From the NCBI GenBank assembly GCA_030704615.1, contig CM060731.1, positions 1,302,001 to 1,366,000 of the forward strand: 64,000 nucleotides of DNA, read 5' to 3'. The DNA comes from Takakia lepidozioides (lineage: Eukaryota > Plantae > Bryophyta). Shown piece by piece: positions 38,703-50,225 of this stretch. The notes under the pieces were generated by a model that saw nothing but the letters and a program-made list of their open reading frames with translations, searched no databases and was not told the origin of the DNA. Position 1 is the first letter of the stretch; each line of letters begins with the position of its first letter. A program made the position numbers and the translations under genes.

Positions 38703-41700
38703 ACTGTATTCTTTTAATATTCATTTTCATATTATCTGGAAACGTTGAATCCCCTTACTCTACCGTAGTTGTTCCTTTAGAACAAATAATAATCACAGAA
38801 TCAACTTTCGTTTACATTGCTATATGTATGAATCCATCTCACAAACCTTCCTGACTCTTCTCATATCCATTGTGCATTCATCTACACTGTATTCATGCGT
38901 GCTCCATTCATGAAAGCTTCCTTTGTACAACATCCATTGTACATTCATCCTCTGTACTCTTTAATCCACCCCACAAACCTTCCACACTCATTTCATATAC
39001 TTTGTGCATTCGTCAAAAGATTTGGTCATGCATCTTCCTGTCATGAATTTTTGTCATTGCTCAACATCCATTATACATTCATCCATTTTACTCTTATCCA
39101 TCCGTCATTCATCCATCTACATAGATTTTTCAAACTCATCCATCTGTTTATCATCCAACTGTACATTCATCCATCATTTATTCAATGCCTTTTATTATGT
39201 CGTCCAGCTTGTTTCCGCGGTAAAGGGTGCCAATCCGCGGGAGTACACTCCACTTCTTTCTGGGTGCGTGGTGACTCGGCCTCCACGTGTGATGACGTGG
39301 CGTGAGCGCAGTCGCGCTCACGCGCTCACGTGACCAGGCTCACGCCGAGGCATCCCTGGTCTTCTCGGAAGTGGACGAGCACCACGTTTGTCTTCCGGCC
39401 TGCAGGGTTTAAGAACATCCAAACATCTCGATTTACCTCTTAAAAGTGATTCGAAAAACTCGTTTTGAAGTCGGTAATCGAATGTTTCTGGACTCGCGAC
39501 AGGTTGGCTTCTCCAGCTGGCGCAGGCAACGTGCCAAAGAACCAATTGTAAAGTTTGAATTTCCCTTCCAAAACTCAAGAGAATATTGTCCGTAAGCTCC
39601 ATCACCGTGTCCGTGCGTGACCATTCCCGTTAGTGAAACTGGAAGCTGACCCAATCCAGAAATCATCTTGTTTGGAGTCTGTAGTCTTGGAACAGCTGTT
39701 TTCCTATGATCCATTTTGTCGTGAATAATATATAGAAACTCCTCATTCCTCCAGCTATGGTACAGTCTTTTGCACGACTCTTGGTGCCTCAAATGTTTAT
39801 CAAGCGCTCGTTTGTGTGTCACCTGCTCCGCACTTCTCTTGACAAACTTTCTGATCAGGTCCTTTAACATCTCACACTCCGTGCACTTCGCAAATGTGCT
39901 CCTAGTTTTACGAAGCTCCACGTTAGGAAATATCTGACTCCGGATGCGGCTAACAGCCGACTGCGAGACTCCTTCCAACCCGAAAAGTCTGTTGGTCTGT
40001 TACAATAAGGCAGGGTCAGGAAAGGAACGTCCACTGGACAGTGGAGGTTCATGAAACTAAAACCACAGTCGAAAAACACAAAATCAGAGGGAGGATCATC
40101 CACATTAAATCAGAAAAAAACTTCCAGGAAAGAAATTGAAGAATGGAGATTTCATACCTCGTTGGACTCGTCTCGTATTCGCTTCCAGTTCATTTCAGGT
40201 GGTAAGACTCTCAAAGTATCCTTCCTTCCCTCCCCAATGCATCTTGTCTTATGGGGCATGAAGTCAGTATTTCCGTTGATAATGGACATAATGTTACCCT
40301 CTGCCTGAAGCGTCCTTGGGCGTGGCCTCTTCACTCCACGGTTCCCATGTAGACTTGACAACCAACCCTGTTTACTCAACTTTTTGTACTCCATGTATGT
40401 GGACCTGCCAATTCCATGAATTGTCCACCAAGCAGTCTCACAAACATCTACACCCTCAACCGTAACGTATGCCCTGCGAGAGGTCCCTTCCAGCATGTGA
40501 AGTCGTTTTGAAACATTTAGACCGTACGTGTTCTCTCCTCTCATCGAAAGTGGATCCCCAAAACGAAGTACGGATAGCCAAGGTTTTTCGCCAATCGAAA
40601 TATTGACAGCAGTGAAGTCTGCAGCAAGGTTTGCTGCTCGCTGACCGGACTTCCTCCAGAGTAAGATTCTTCATTCTTTTTTGGGAGTGTTCCAAATCTC
40701 GATCCCTCTTCTTCCTCGTAAAATGCCGATACGCCGCTTTCTTCACACCTGCCTTGTGATCTTCGTACAATATACTGTCAGAGGATCTAATAAAATTTTC
40801 CAGATCATTTGAGAGTAGTCTCCCACTTTCCAAAAGTCGTGTTTTTATTAAAGGTCATTTTACAAGAGACATCAAAGATCCAGATCCTCCATAAAGTATT
40901 ATGGTGACAAGATTTCCAACATCGTTATCTCCCAGTTTGTCATTGAGGATCACCTCGTCCGGAATGCAGGCTTGAATCCTCCCCTCGAACAGTGCACCCC
41001 CATCATCACCCAACAGTACGCACTGCAAGTTTCTCCAGTTGTTTCTTCCGAGTCCTCCGCTTGGATTCCCAGATTTCTTCGATGGTCTGTGGTTTGATTC
41101 ATCCTCGTCGACGTCAGAATTCTCGGCAGTATCCCTTGTCTCTGGCATTAAATCAGGATTCATGTCAGGCCCTCCTTGATACTCGTTATTCTCCGCATGA
41201 ACTTCGCGAACATTCCACACCACCGGGGTCCCAATGGCCTCCTTCAAGGTGTCAGCATCCATATGTCCATAAGGAAGATGACACAATGAGTGTGCTTCAT
41301 CACAGGAGATGAGAACAACTGAAATGGTTGAGGAAGATAATTGGTGTCCATGACAGGTCCCATCCCTGGATACATTAAGGTAGTCCCCCGTTGCTACTGG
41401 AGATGAAGACCCGGGAAGAGTAAGAAACACTCTTTGACCCGTCTCTAAGCTCATGATCACCGGAACCTCCACTGCACACGCGAGGTTCAAGAAACTGAAA
41501 ACCCCTCTGTGAGGACCTTACTCACAGTAATAAGCAGTATGAGTTAAGATTATATTCAGAGATGAATCAATACAATAAAAGGAAATACACTCGCGTATGA
41601 ACGTTTCAGAGAAGTAGAATATAAATGGAATTACTGTTTGGTCTGGAACATGTCATGTGAAGATTGTGTCTAATTATATAACCTCCACTGTACAGTGGAG

Positions 41701-43192
41701 GTTGGATGAGATACAGATGAAAAAAGTCGGACGGATGAATACTAGTGGATGAACTTGGTTACGTGGATGAATAATTGTAATGACGGATGGATGTGAGCAT
41801 TGACGCGACTGTCCAGTGGAGGTCCATGACTTGAGGTATGACGAAATACAGAAATTGGAGAGTATTGGACTGTAATTTCTAAACATGCAGATGAGAAATA
41901 AGTAGATTTTCCTGTAGAGTATCGAGAACACACAGATGTCATAACATTTTCTACGGGAGAAAATGCAGTTCACACGAGAGATTATGGAAATTCAGAGAGG
42001 TACACCTGCGATGGCCACAGAGGTACAGGATGCTCAGAGAGGTGCACTATGGGAAGTGAGGTGGGAGATGACCAGAGAGGTGCGGGAAACACAATCTGCA
42101 AGTGAGAGGTATGGAGATAGAAGTTTGAACAGTTTGCACTCAGATCTTATATAGAGGTGGAAACCAGGTTGCCCGCTGGAACTCCTCTAATGGGATAGTG
42201 CGATACATTGTCTCGCGGATCGATTTCCGTCGCCGTTGATATCCGATATGACCACAATCGAACGGTTCTGGATGGTGCAGGAGTGCACTCTTTGACCGAT
42301 TTCGGAAAAGAGTGTCATTTATTGGTAGATCCCTATGTAACAATTATGATGCCAGAACGATAACGGTCGATAACGGTGGTTCAATGGTTTTGCACTCGTG
42401 CTTATAAAGCAGTACGTATTTTACATTCAATGTTGTCCAAGTGGATCAAGGCCCGACGCCGATGATAAGCGTTTCATGAAATTGTGCAGCTATGACACTC
42501 GGCCGAGAATGCGGTAGGCGTAAATGAGTGACAGAGGAAATATTCCAAGCCTTAATCTGCCGAATGTAGACATGGTCAGGAGCAATAATTCCCAGCGGCA
42601 AAACGCCGCAGAAGGATCTGACTTGTACATTTCATTTATCGTCACATTTGGGGTGTGGGAAATATCCCACGGGGTTATAATTGATGTTCAAGTGCAACGG
42701 ATCATTAACGTAATATTTTGTCGTTCATTCATCTGTTTTTTCATTTCATCTAATCATTCATAAAATGGATGGACAGAATGGAGAGGACGAATTGGATGAT
42801 ATTTGCATGGATGTTGGATGGAACACGCGCAACCGTTCGATTTCGAAATGACGCGATGGTTCAGATCCTTTGCGACGGCACCATATAAGGGGTGTGGTCG
42901 TTCAGCCCACCCTTTCGCCACTCCATTGTGTACGCGGAAGCGCTGCGGAAGTGGTTAGACCGACAGAGAGTTTTGAAGAGGGGAGAGCGTGAAGAGCATA
43001 AAGCGTGTTGTGCAGGGTGCCGTGAGAGCTGAGAGAAGAGAGCGTGCAGTTCAGTGCAGTGGAGGAAAGGAAGCAGACAGCGGATTCAAGTGCAGACAGG
43101 AGACGGGAGGGAAGCAGAGCGTAAGGGAGAGCGAAGCGGAGCGGTGGAAGCTTAAGGGTCAGGCGTTTCAGGTCAGCAATAGGGGCACCGAA

Positions 43193-44490
43193 ATGGCTCA
43201 AGCATCCAGGAGGTAATGTTCTCGTTTACAGTTTCTCTCTAGTTTGATGTCATTATCTCTTGCTCGCTTTGATGTCATTCTCTCATTCTCTCTTTGTTCT
43301 GTTTGTTGATTTCTTTTTCTTTTTGTTTTGCTGTTGCTTTTGTTGGTCAGCATCGCCCACGTCGCTATTGGTTTGCTTCTCTTCCTCACTCGCTTTCGTT
43401 CCAGAGGTTATAGAGCACCATTTGTTTCTTGCATGTCACGTTTCGTGAATGAGCTGTCTTGTCTGATGCGGAGCATCTCATTTCAATTCATTGGTTCCAA
43501 AGCTGTTTCAATTTGTTTGAATTGATTAAAGTTTAGGTGTTTCAATGCATTGCTGCTTCACTGCTGGTGATCTGTATGGTGGTTTGTAAGGGTGGTTTGT
43601 GGTCTTGGTCTACTGGTGCTGCTAGATTATTAGGGTTATGGATTAGGGTTATGGCGGGTTAGTATCATGGTTTTTTGCGATTGTTTTTTCGAATTTCCGA
43701 TATTTGAAAACGAGTTTTTCTTCGGGCCTAGGCTACTCTAGTAGACTAGTCTCCGTAGACCACTAGACCTCTAGTAGACCTCCATAAACTCCGGCAGGAC
43801 AAACCACCCGAACCTCGCCTGCCCAATGGAGGTTCCTGCGTGTTACTATGCCAAGGCACAACATAAGGATGTTTTGAGATAGACTTATGTCGGTTCTCCC
43901 CTGCGTTGATTTTTTGTTCTATCAGTATAAAAAGAAGGGGCGTAGGAGTGCACACGGTGGCCAAAGATGGTTCTGAGACCGTCGTCGACATCTGTAAGAG
44001 GCCAAGGAGACAGAATCCAATAAACATCAACGAAGCAGAAAACCAAGACGCATCACTGGTCGTATCGAAAACAAAAACCATCAAGAAGAGATCTGATAAA
44101 CAAATATTAGATGTGGGCTCTGACGTGCAAACCTTCATAAATCCGGGCACTGACAAATCAATGTTCGAGGGAGTTATTCGACGGGAGACAACGGAGGAAA
44201 CAGATGAAGAGAAAGATGAAAGTGATGAGTGCAATCTTCAGTCTCATATTTCTGTAGGAGATAGTGAACAGACCCTGGGATCCGTCCTTCTGTCCTCTCC
44301 TGGATACAGTCCTGACTCTCCTCAGTATCCAATATCTGTCCTTGTAAATTCTCCAGAATACGTCCTTGCAGATTCTCCTCAGTACGTCCCTGCAGATTCT
44401 CCAGAATACATCTCTGGAGATTCTCCGACATATACCCCTAGAGAGTACTCCCCTGAAACCTTGAGGATGATTCGAGAGAGCCTCCTGTAG
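43193..44490 (+). CDS. Small two-exon protein with C-terminal SP-x-Y repeats resembling the RNA Pol II CTD
   Basis: Exon 43193-43212 (MAQASR, GT donor) splices in phase to 43926-44490. The C-terminus is SPGYSPDSPQYPISVLVNSPEYVLADSPQYVPADSPEYISGDSPTYTPREYSPE, with an underlying 24-bp tandem unit. Confidence 0.55.
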
Positions 44491-45396
44491 TTATTGTAGA
44501 TATAAGAAAATGAAAAGATGAACCTCATCTTACAAAAGAATATCGAGTTCTTGTAGATATTAGGTATTCGTTATTCGAACAATTTTGAGACCGCATGATG
44601 TATGGAATGGCGAGACGAGCCTTCTCTGAATAAATGTTTTTTTCTTCTTATGAGTGAATTTTTTTCCTCCTCCTGAATTGAATTCTTTTATCTGTCAGCT
44701 ATGAGCGTGTGAAGTGGTGAACCTCCACTGGATAGAGGAGGTTACTGTCCTGGGAGTTTTGTATGGTTGTTATGATATGTGTCTGACGACGGAGGTGGTT
44801 TGTTCTGTGGACAGCAACATCACCCCCAGGGATTGTATTGTTGGAATGTGCAAACCTATCTGTGGTTCTTTTGTTTCTCAAAAATCTCCAAATTTCAAGA
44901 ATGATCGTCTGGCAATTTTTGAGCTCAACCCGGAGATCACAGAATGGGGCATTGTACCCGTTGGCACACCTCCGGACCATAAGTTCCGGTTCCAATACAA
45001 GATTGGTGCAGAGGTCGCCGAGCTCAAATATGGAGATGTGGTCGACGTAGAGTTGGAGATGGAGGTGGAATTTCCGATGCTGGTAATGTTCATGATGGAA
45101 GATGGCAGAAATGGAGGGGTTTTTCCTAGAGAACCAAAATATTTTCAAGCTCGGATTTAATGTGACGAACGGAGACTGCATTACGAAACACCGCATTACG
45201 GGAGGGTGCTACAATGAACGAGCGGGATGGTTCAGCATTCGGAAATTCGACATGATGGGGTCTTTTGTAATGTGTCTTGTTTGGTAATGAGGTGCTTGTC
45301 CAGCTTTTATTTTCCCAATCTATTTATGTTCTCCACCTGTAACCGTTCCGCAAATGTGCCGCAAAAATACTTGAAACATCATATGATCATGAAAAC

Positions 45397-47890
45397 GTGA
45401 TGTTGCGGAGAACGCTTCCAAAAGTCATTGGGTTTTTCAAGGATTTTCTAGGCACACTATTGGAACTGTTCCTGGTGGAGAACATGAACAAATTGGACAA
45501 ATTTGACTTGGAGGAGCACCGCATTCCGAAGCAGGAGACACTACAGAAAGAACTTCAAATTACAAGGCACAACAAGATGGACGGAGATGAATTGGCAATC
45601 GAATCATCATTTGGAGTATAGTATAATTGACATGATAGTTGTGACTATTGTTTCATCTCAAAAATTAATATCAAATATCGAATGAAATGTCTAACTTTGG
45701 TCATGATTATTTTCGCAGGAATTTATGCAAGCATGTCAACTCATATTGGAGATGAGTAACGTGAAGGAGGCCATGGTTCTGGTTCTCTGTGACGAAGACG
45801 TATGGAACATGTGGGAGGAGGCGTTCAAACAGTGGGAACAAGGAAAGCTTATTGATATTTTCAGGATCCAGTGTAAAGGTGAACAGCTACCGCTGAATAA
45901 AACTGCTATCGTGAAACTACAAGGATTTAATAGCAGGCAATTGAAAAGAGTGGCGGAGAAAATCCTGAACAGAGACATTTGCATTCGGGGAACGAAATTC
46001 AAGGGCGCGGACAAATCCAAAAACACAATGAGCGCGTATATTGACCAAATGAAATTGCAACGGTTTATTATCGACGTTGTAATGGAAGTCTTAGGGTGGC
46101 CTCGGAGGAGCAAACAGAATCCGGAACCATATATCAAACAGGAGTGGCGTGATGTGAAAAAAAAATACAACTTCAACAAAGCTGAGTTTGAAACTTTTCG
46201 AGATCGGTTCGGGAACGACTACATTGTAAGCAAACAGAAGATGAATATGGAGACGCAGCCAATGACTGCTGCATTCAAGAAGTATGTCTTGTCGTGCAAG
46301 CAGACCTTCGGGGATAACCAGAATGCCCTGACGATTCTACGCACAAGCTTCAGGTCCCATTACACACAGCTGGGGGGAAACCAAAAATTTGCTGATGCCA
46401 GATCACGGTTGGGACTTGCACCGAAGAAACGGTTCGACGATATATCGATGGTATTCATCAATACAGTTTGTGATGACGACTCTGTTGTCTTCGAGGCAAA
46501 TGACTACTCCAATATCCTGGATGCTTTTGTGGCTCGGAAGCTCATGTCCAGTGCTTTTGTGTTTTTCTCGACACAAGAATCATCGGGGAATCTTGTGTCA
46601 TACATCCGGAATGGCCTTGGATCAAAATCGTTTATTATCCGACAGGGTTATTACATTCCCGGCGAGTTTGAATCACCTTACAAGAGCTGCACGACTATAT
46701 TCTCCCGGACGGTCCTCTGCCTCGACTACGTATTTCCGGCAACAGCTGAGGAGATGGTGAATCCGGACGATCACATTCAAACTATTTTGTTAATGCCGGA
46801 CCCAATTAATCCCGTTATCCAAGGACCAGATGTAGACCCGACCTCGCAGGAGAAGGAGTGCAGGACTTACACTCATGAGCTGAGGGCGGACACCTACGAT
46901 TACCTGGTTTTTTTTTTTGCAGGGACGGAATGTCTTGTGTGAACATTTTCGGAGGACTAACAATGACATACGTTCTGCTTGTAAATGGATTCTGCATCGT
47001 TTTTGAATTGTCTGTGTTTTCAGTTTGCCGGATTTAACTCTCGTGTTTTTTTACGTTGTCGGAATAGCGTGTTTAACCTGTGTCTGAATGTCTCCATTTT
47101 GTTAACCTCCACTGGGCAGTGGAGGTTCATGTTATTGGAGTTGTGGGTGTTTAGGCTGTTTGTTATTCGGGAGTTTGGTGTGTTTGCTAATTGTCTCAAA
47201 AGAAAGCCTAACCCTTTCAATCTTTCGATGATTGGTGTTCGTCGGATTTATTTTGATATCATTGTTTGGTATCATTGTAGGAAAGAAATATTCGTGTGTT
47301 TGACATAAACTTTGTGACGAAAAAGAAATTTTGTAGAAGCAAGGCGGAGGCTTATTTCAGGACGCTCCAGATTGACAATCAGACTATCGCAGGAAACGGA
47401 GATGACGGAGACTCACTGCAGGATGACGAAGTGGACGAAGAAGATGATGACGAAGGACACGACAAGGATCAGGACAAGGAAATGGAGGAGAAACAAGAAG
47501 AGGAGGAGGAGGAGGAGAAAGACGAAGATGAGAACATGGAAATCGTCACCGGAAACCAAGGGCAGATACGACTAATGTGGGAACGGGAAAGAGAGGGCCA
47601 AGAAATTTCCCGGTTAGATAAACTAGGTAGTACTCCAAATACCCAAGAACGCGTTGCACCAGACAATGTACACAATCTGGACAGCTCTTCCTCCAGTTCC
47701 GATAACACCACGAATAAGAATTTGGCTTCTCCAGGGGGACAAGAAGCGACATCCACGGAGTTAGTTGAAACCCTCGGTCAAGGGTTCACACCTGTGGAAG
47801 GTGACGAGCCATTGATTATGTCACCGGATCCCGTTAACAATCGTCGTGAGCTGGTGTCCCAGAATGTCACCCAGGAAGTGGTTTTGGATG
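45397..47890 (+). CDS. Uncharacterised multi-exon transposon cargo protein with possible degenerate methyltransferase-like fold and acidic tail
   Basis: A 405-aa ORF at 45725-46942. After a slip in a T-run (~46910) it continues CRDGMSCVNIFGGLTMTYVLL, then after intron 46981-47280 ERNIRVFDIN, followed by a D/E-rich tract. The start and its link to the neighbouring ORFs (44714-45230, 48xxx) are unresolved. Confidence 0.5.
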
Positions 47891-48830
47891 TAGGTAACGA
47901 ATGACAATTAGTGAATTTTTATTCGTACACACTTCTGAATACAATATGACAATATTGTAATTATACATACTTGTGAGTGGGCATAATCCGAATGTTTTTC
48001 CATATCCTTTGTTCTGGACTTCCGAATAAAACATATTTCCACCCGGATACATATTTCCTTTCGCACACCTTTGTGGACAACCACTAACCGATTTGGATAA
48101 CTTTTCTTGTAGATCCAAGAATCCCATTCAGAAGAAATGACACACACAAGAAAAGGCTCAAAGGAGACTCAAACGGTGAAGAGACACGTGGATCTGATAG
48201 TGAGGGCCAGGTCACCTGAGCCGGTTCCGTAAGTAACCTCCACTGTCCAGTCGACGTTTCCATCTGTAGGGAATGAGTCGGAGAATCCTCCTACTCACGG
48301 GGAGGGAGAAGAGACAGAGCACCAGAAACGCCTAATCCAACAACAGATCCCGATTCGGGTAAAACATTCGCTTTATTCTTATTACTCTTATTATTGGTCT
48401 TTGAGTCTCATCTTCGGTATTGCTCAATTCGGTAATTTTGTCGGATCAGTTTAGACCACCATAATCCTCATCCGTGGGATTCTTTAATTTCCTGTAGATT
48501 CGTGAGACGACGTCTGAAGAGATCAAACACACGAGGACCGACTCCAACGAGACTGAGATGGTGAAGAGAAGAGTAGATCGGACAATCACTTCGCTCTATC
48601 TGAGCCGGTCATACAAGTAACCTCCACTGGACAGTCGAGGTTGCCATCTGGTGCCACAGAGAAGGACAATTACGTTTGCCGTAGAGATGGGAAAGAGGAG
48701 GAGCAGCCTGCCCAGGGATCTCAGCAGCCGCCCCAGAAAACGATAATGCTTTCAACTTCATTTTTCCGTTTGTCTACTTTGGGATTTTTGAAATTGAAAT
48801 TAATAATGAACTCTTTTGTTATTCCACAGG

Positions 48831-50225
48831 ACAACATGCATTACCCTCCAGTCGACTATTCCCTTTCTGTCAATCCAAACGATCTGCATTCCCTTCTTTG
48901 GGGACCGAACGGGTGCCGGCCAGGATACTACGTCCTGGTTCTGGACATCGGTTACCTTTGTGAGGTTTTCCTAAAGGATGGAAAGAAAACCCCTCCTGCC
49001 ACCCAGCCTTGTATCTCCGCAGGGAAATTCAAGTTAGCTACGCGAAATAGTCTTGACGAATTCGTTAAGTGGGCCGTCAAAAATTTGCCGTTTGTTTTTG
49101 GAACACTGGACCTGAAATGAACGTCGAGACTATCACCAAGGCCGTGTTCGGGAAGTACTATTCCCAGGTCAGAACTTACAGCAGTGAGAATTCCGTCATG
49201 CATAGATCGACATTGAACGAATGGCCTAAAGCTCCCAAAAATCCCATCTACTTTAAACGTCTTTACGACATTTTCACTGAGGAAGACCCGACAGCTTACA
49301 AATCCAATACTCTCCTCATCGACACTGTAGACAATATGTACAAGTCCTATTTGAACCCGTTAGGACATACCATCTTCCTTCCAAAATATAAGGCGCAAGT
49401 GGACCTTGACAGAGATAAATTTCTACTGGAAGAGCTCAAGCCTCATCTTAACATGTTCCGGTTATCAGGGATGGATGTCATGCCATTCAACGAGCTACAT
49501 CCTTTCGGCGTTACGAAGGATTTCTTCGAGGACGACCCAACGGTCAAATTTCTTAGAGACTTTGATTATAGGTGGCAGAAGTTCCTTAGCAATCACGAGT
49601 TGCATGCCGCTGCATTGGGACATAATTTTTTTTAATTGAGTTTGGTGAACCTCGGCTGTCCAGTGGACGTTCTGGTTCACTTGCCTGGTGTCAGTTTTTC
49701 CAATGCATTGTATTGTTCCCCTTTATCATCCTAAGTATGAATGACTCTCTGGCAGATTGGAGCACCTGTTTCTCCTCCTGCGCAAGGGTTGCGTTTGATT
49801 ATTTTTGACGTGAATGAAGTCTTGTGCAAAATCTTGAAGCACCAGAAGAGCTACAATGTCCCCCGGTTTTCAGAATCGGACTACAAAATTCCAGTTCTTA
49901 TCGGATTTTGACTTGCCTTTAGACGGGAGAAATATCGCAAAGTGTGGACAGAGTTGCACAAACACTTCCGGTTAGGGATTTGGAGCTCTATGATGTACAA
50001 GAACTTGCAGCCCATCCTAGATTTTTTGCTTCGTGGTCTACCTCAACCGGCCTTCGTTATGTCTCAAGAGGATTGTATTTCATGTCCTACTTCGGTTCAC
50101 CCTCAATTCAAATCAGGATTGGACCCTCCTCATTTGTTTTTGAAGCCACTGGTCAAGGTCTGGCAGAGATTTGGTGGACAATATACCAAGAGTAACACTT
50201 TGCTCATTGACGACACCGCCATGAT
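48831..50225 (+). pseudogene. Tandem FCP1/NIF-like HAD domains (first and 5' part of second), interrupted by CACTA
   Basis: First domain: VLVLDIGYLC...RNSLDEFVKW / FAVCFWNT...YFKRLYDIF...YKSNTLLIDT...LNPLGHTIFLPKY...LLEELKPHL. Second domain: LIIFDVNEVLC...FRLGIWSSMMYKNL...FLKPLVKVW...YTKSNTLLIDDTAM. Frameshifts are present. Confidence 0.75.

Larger units (their letters stand above)
28058..39358. mobile_element. Mutator-like (MULE) DNA transposon, 11,301 bp, two divergent genes
   Basis: Perfect 9-bp TSD GTCTTCTCG at 28049-28057 and 39359-39367. Imperfect TIRs: caacgacgcaatGGCGTGAGCgttgCACGTGAGCGCGcGAGCGCG versus the reverse complement of the right end cagggatgcctcGGCGTGAGCctggtCACGTGAGCGCGtGAGCGCG. 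It encodes a MULE DDE transposase with SWIM finger. Confidence 0.93.
27160..41454 (-). pseudogene. DUF7869-type (Sola1-like) DDD transposase, split by the 28058-39358 insertion
   Basis: The N-terminal part (41454-39359) has two Tnp1/DUF8039-like repeats (VATG...HGHQL...LPY...TLKEAIGTPVVW), CCRLHCC, VCETAWWTIHG, FAKCTEC and IIHDKMD. The C-terminal part (28057-27160) has LYLQMDNSAKDNKN and FLMVGHTHEDIDGFFS. Removing the insert and one TSD restores ARPLPRR-LYLQMDN in frame. Several frameshifts and stops remain. The Sola1 assignment is from recalled motif similarity. Confidence 0.8.

Noticed and set aside
38830-39190. ATCCAT/TTCATC-rich low-complexity tract (similar tracts at ~41.7 and ~42.7 kb) and the His/Ile-rich ORFs over it
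   Set aside because: These are simple-sequence subterminal or UTR DNA, and the ORFs are compositional artefacts.
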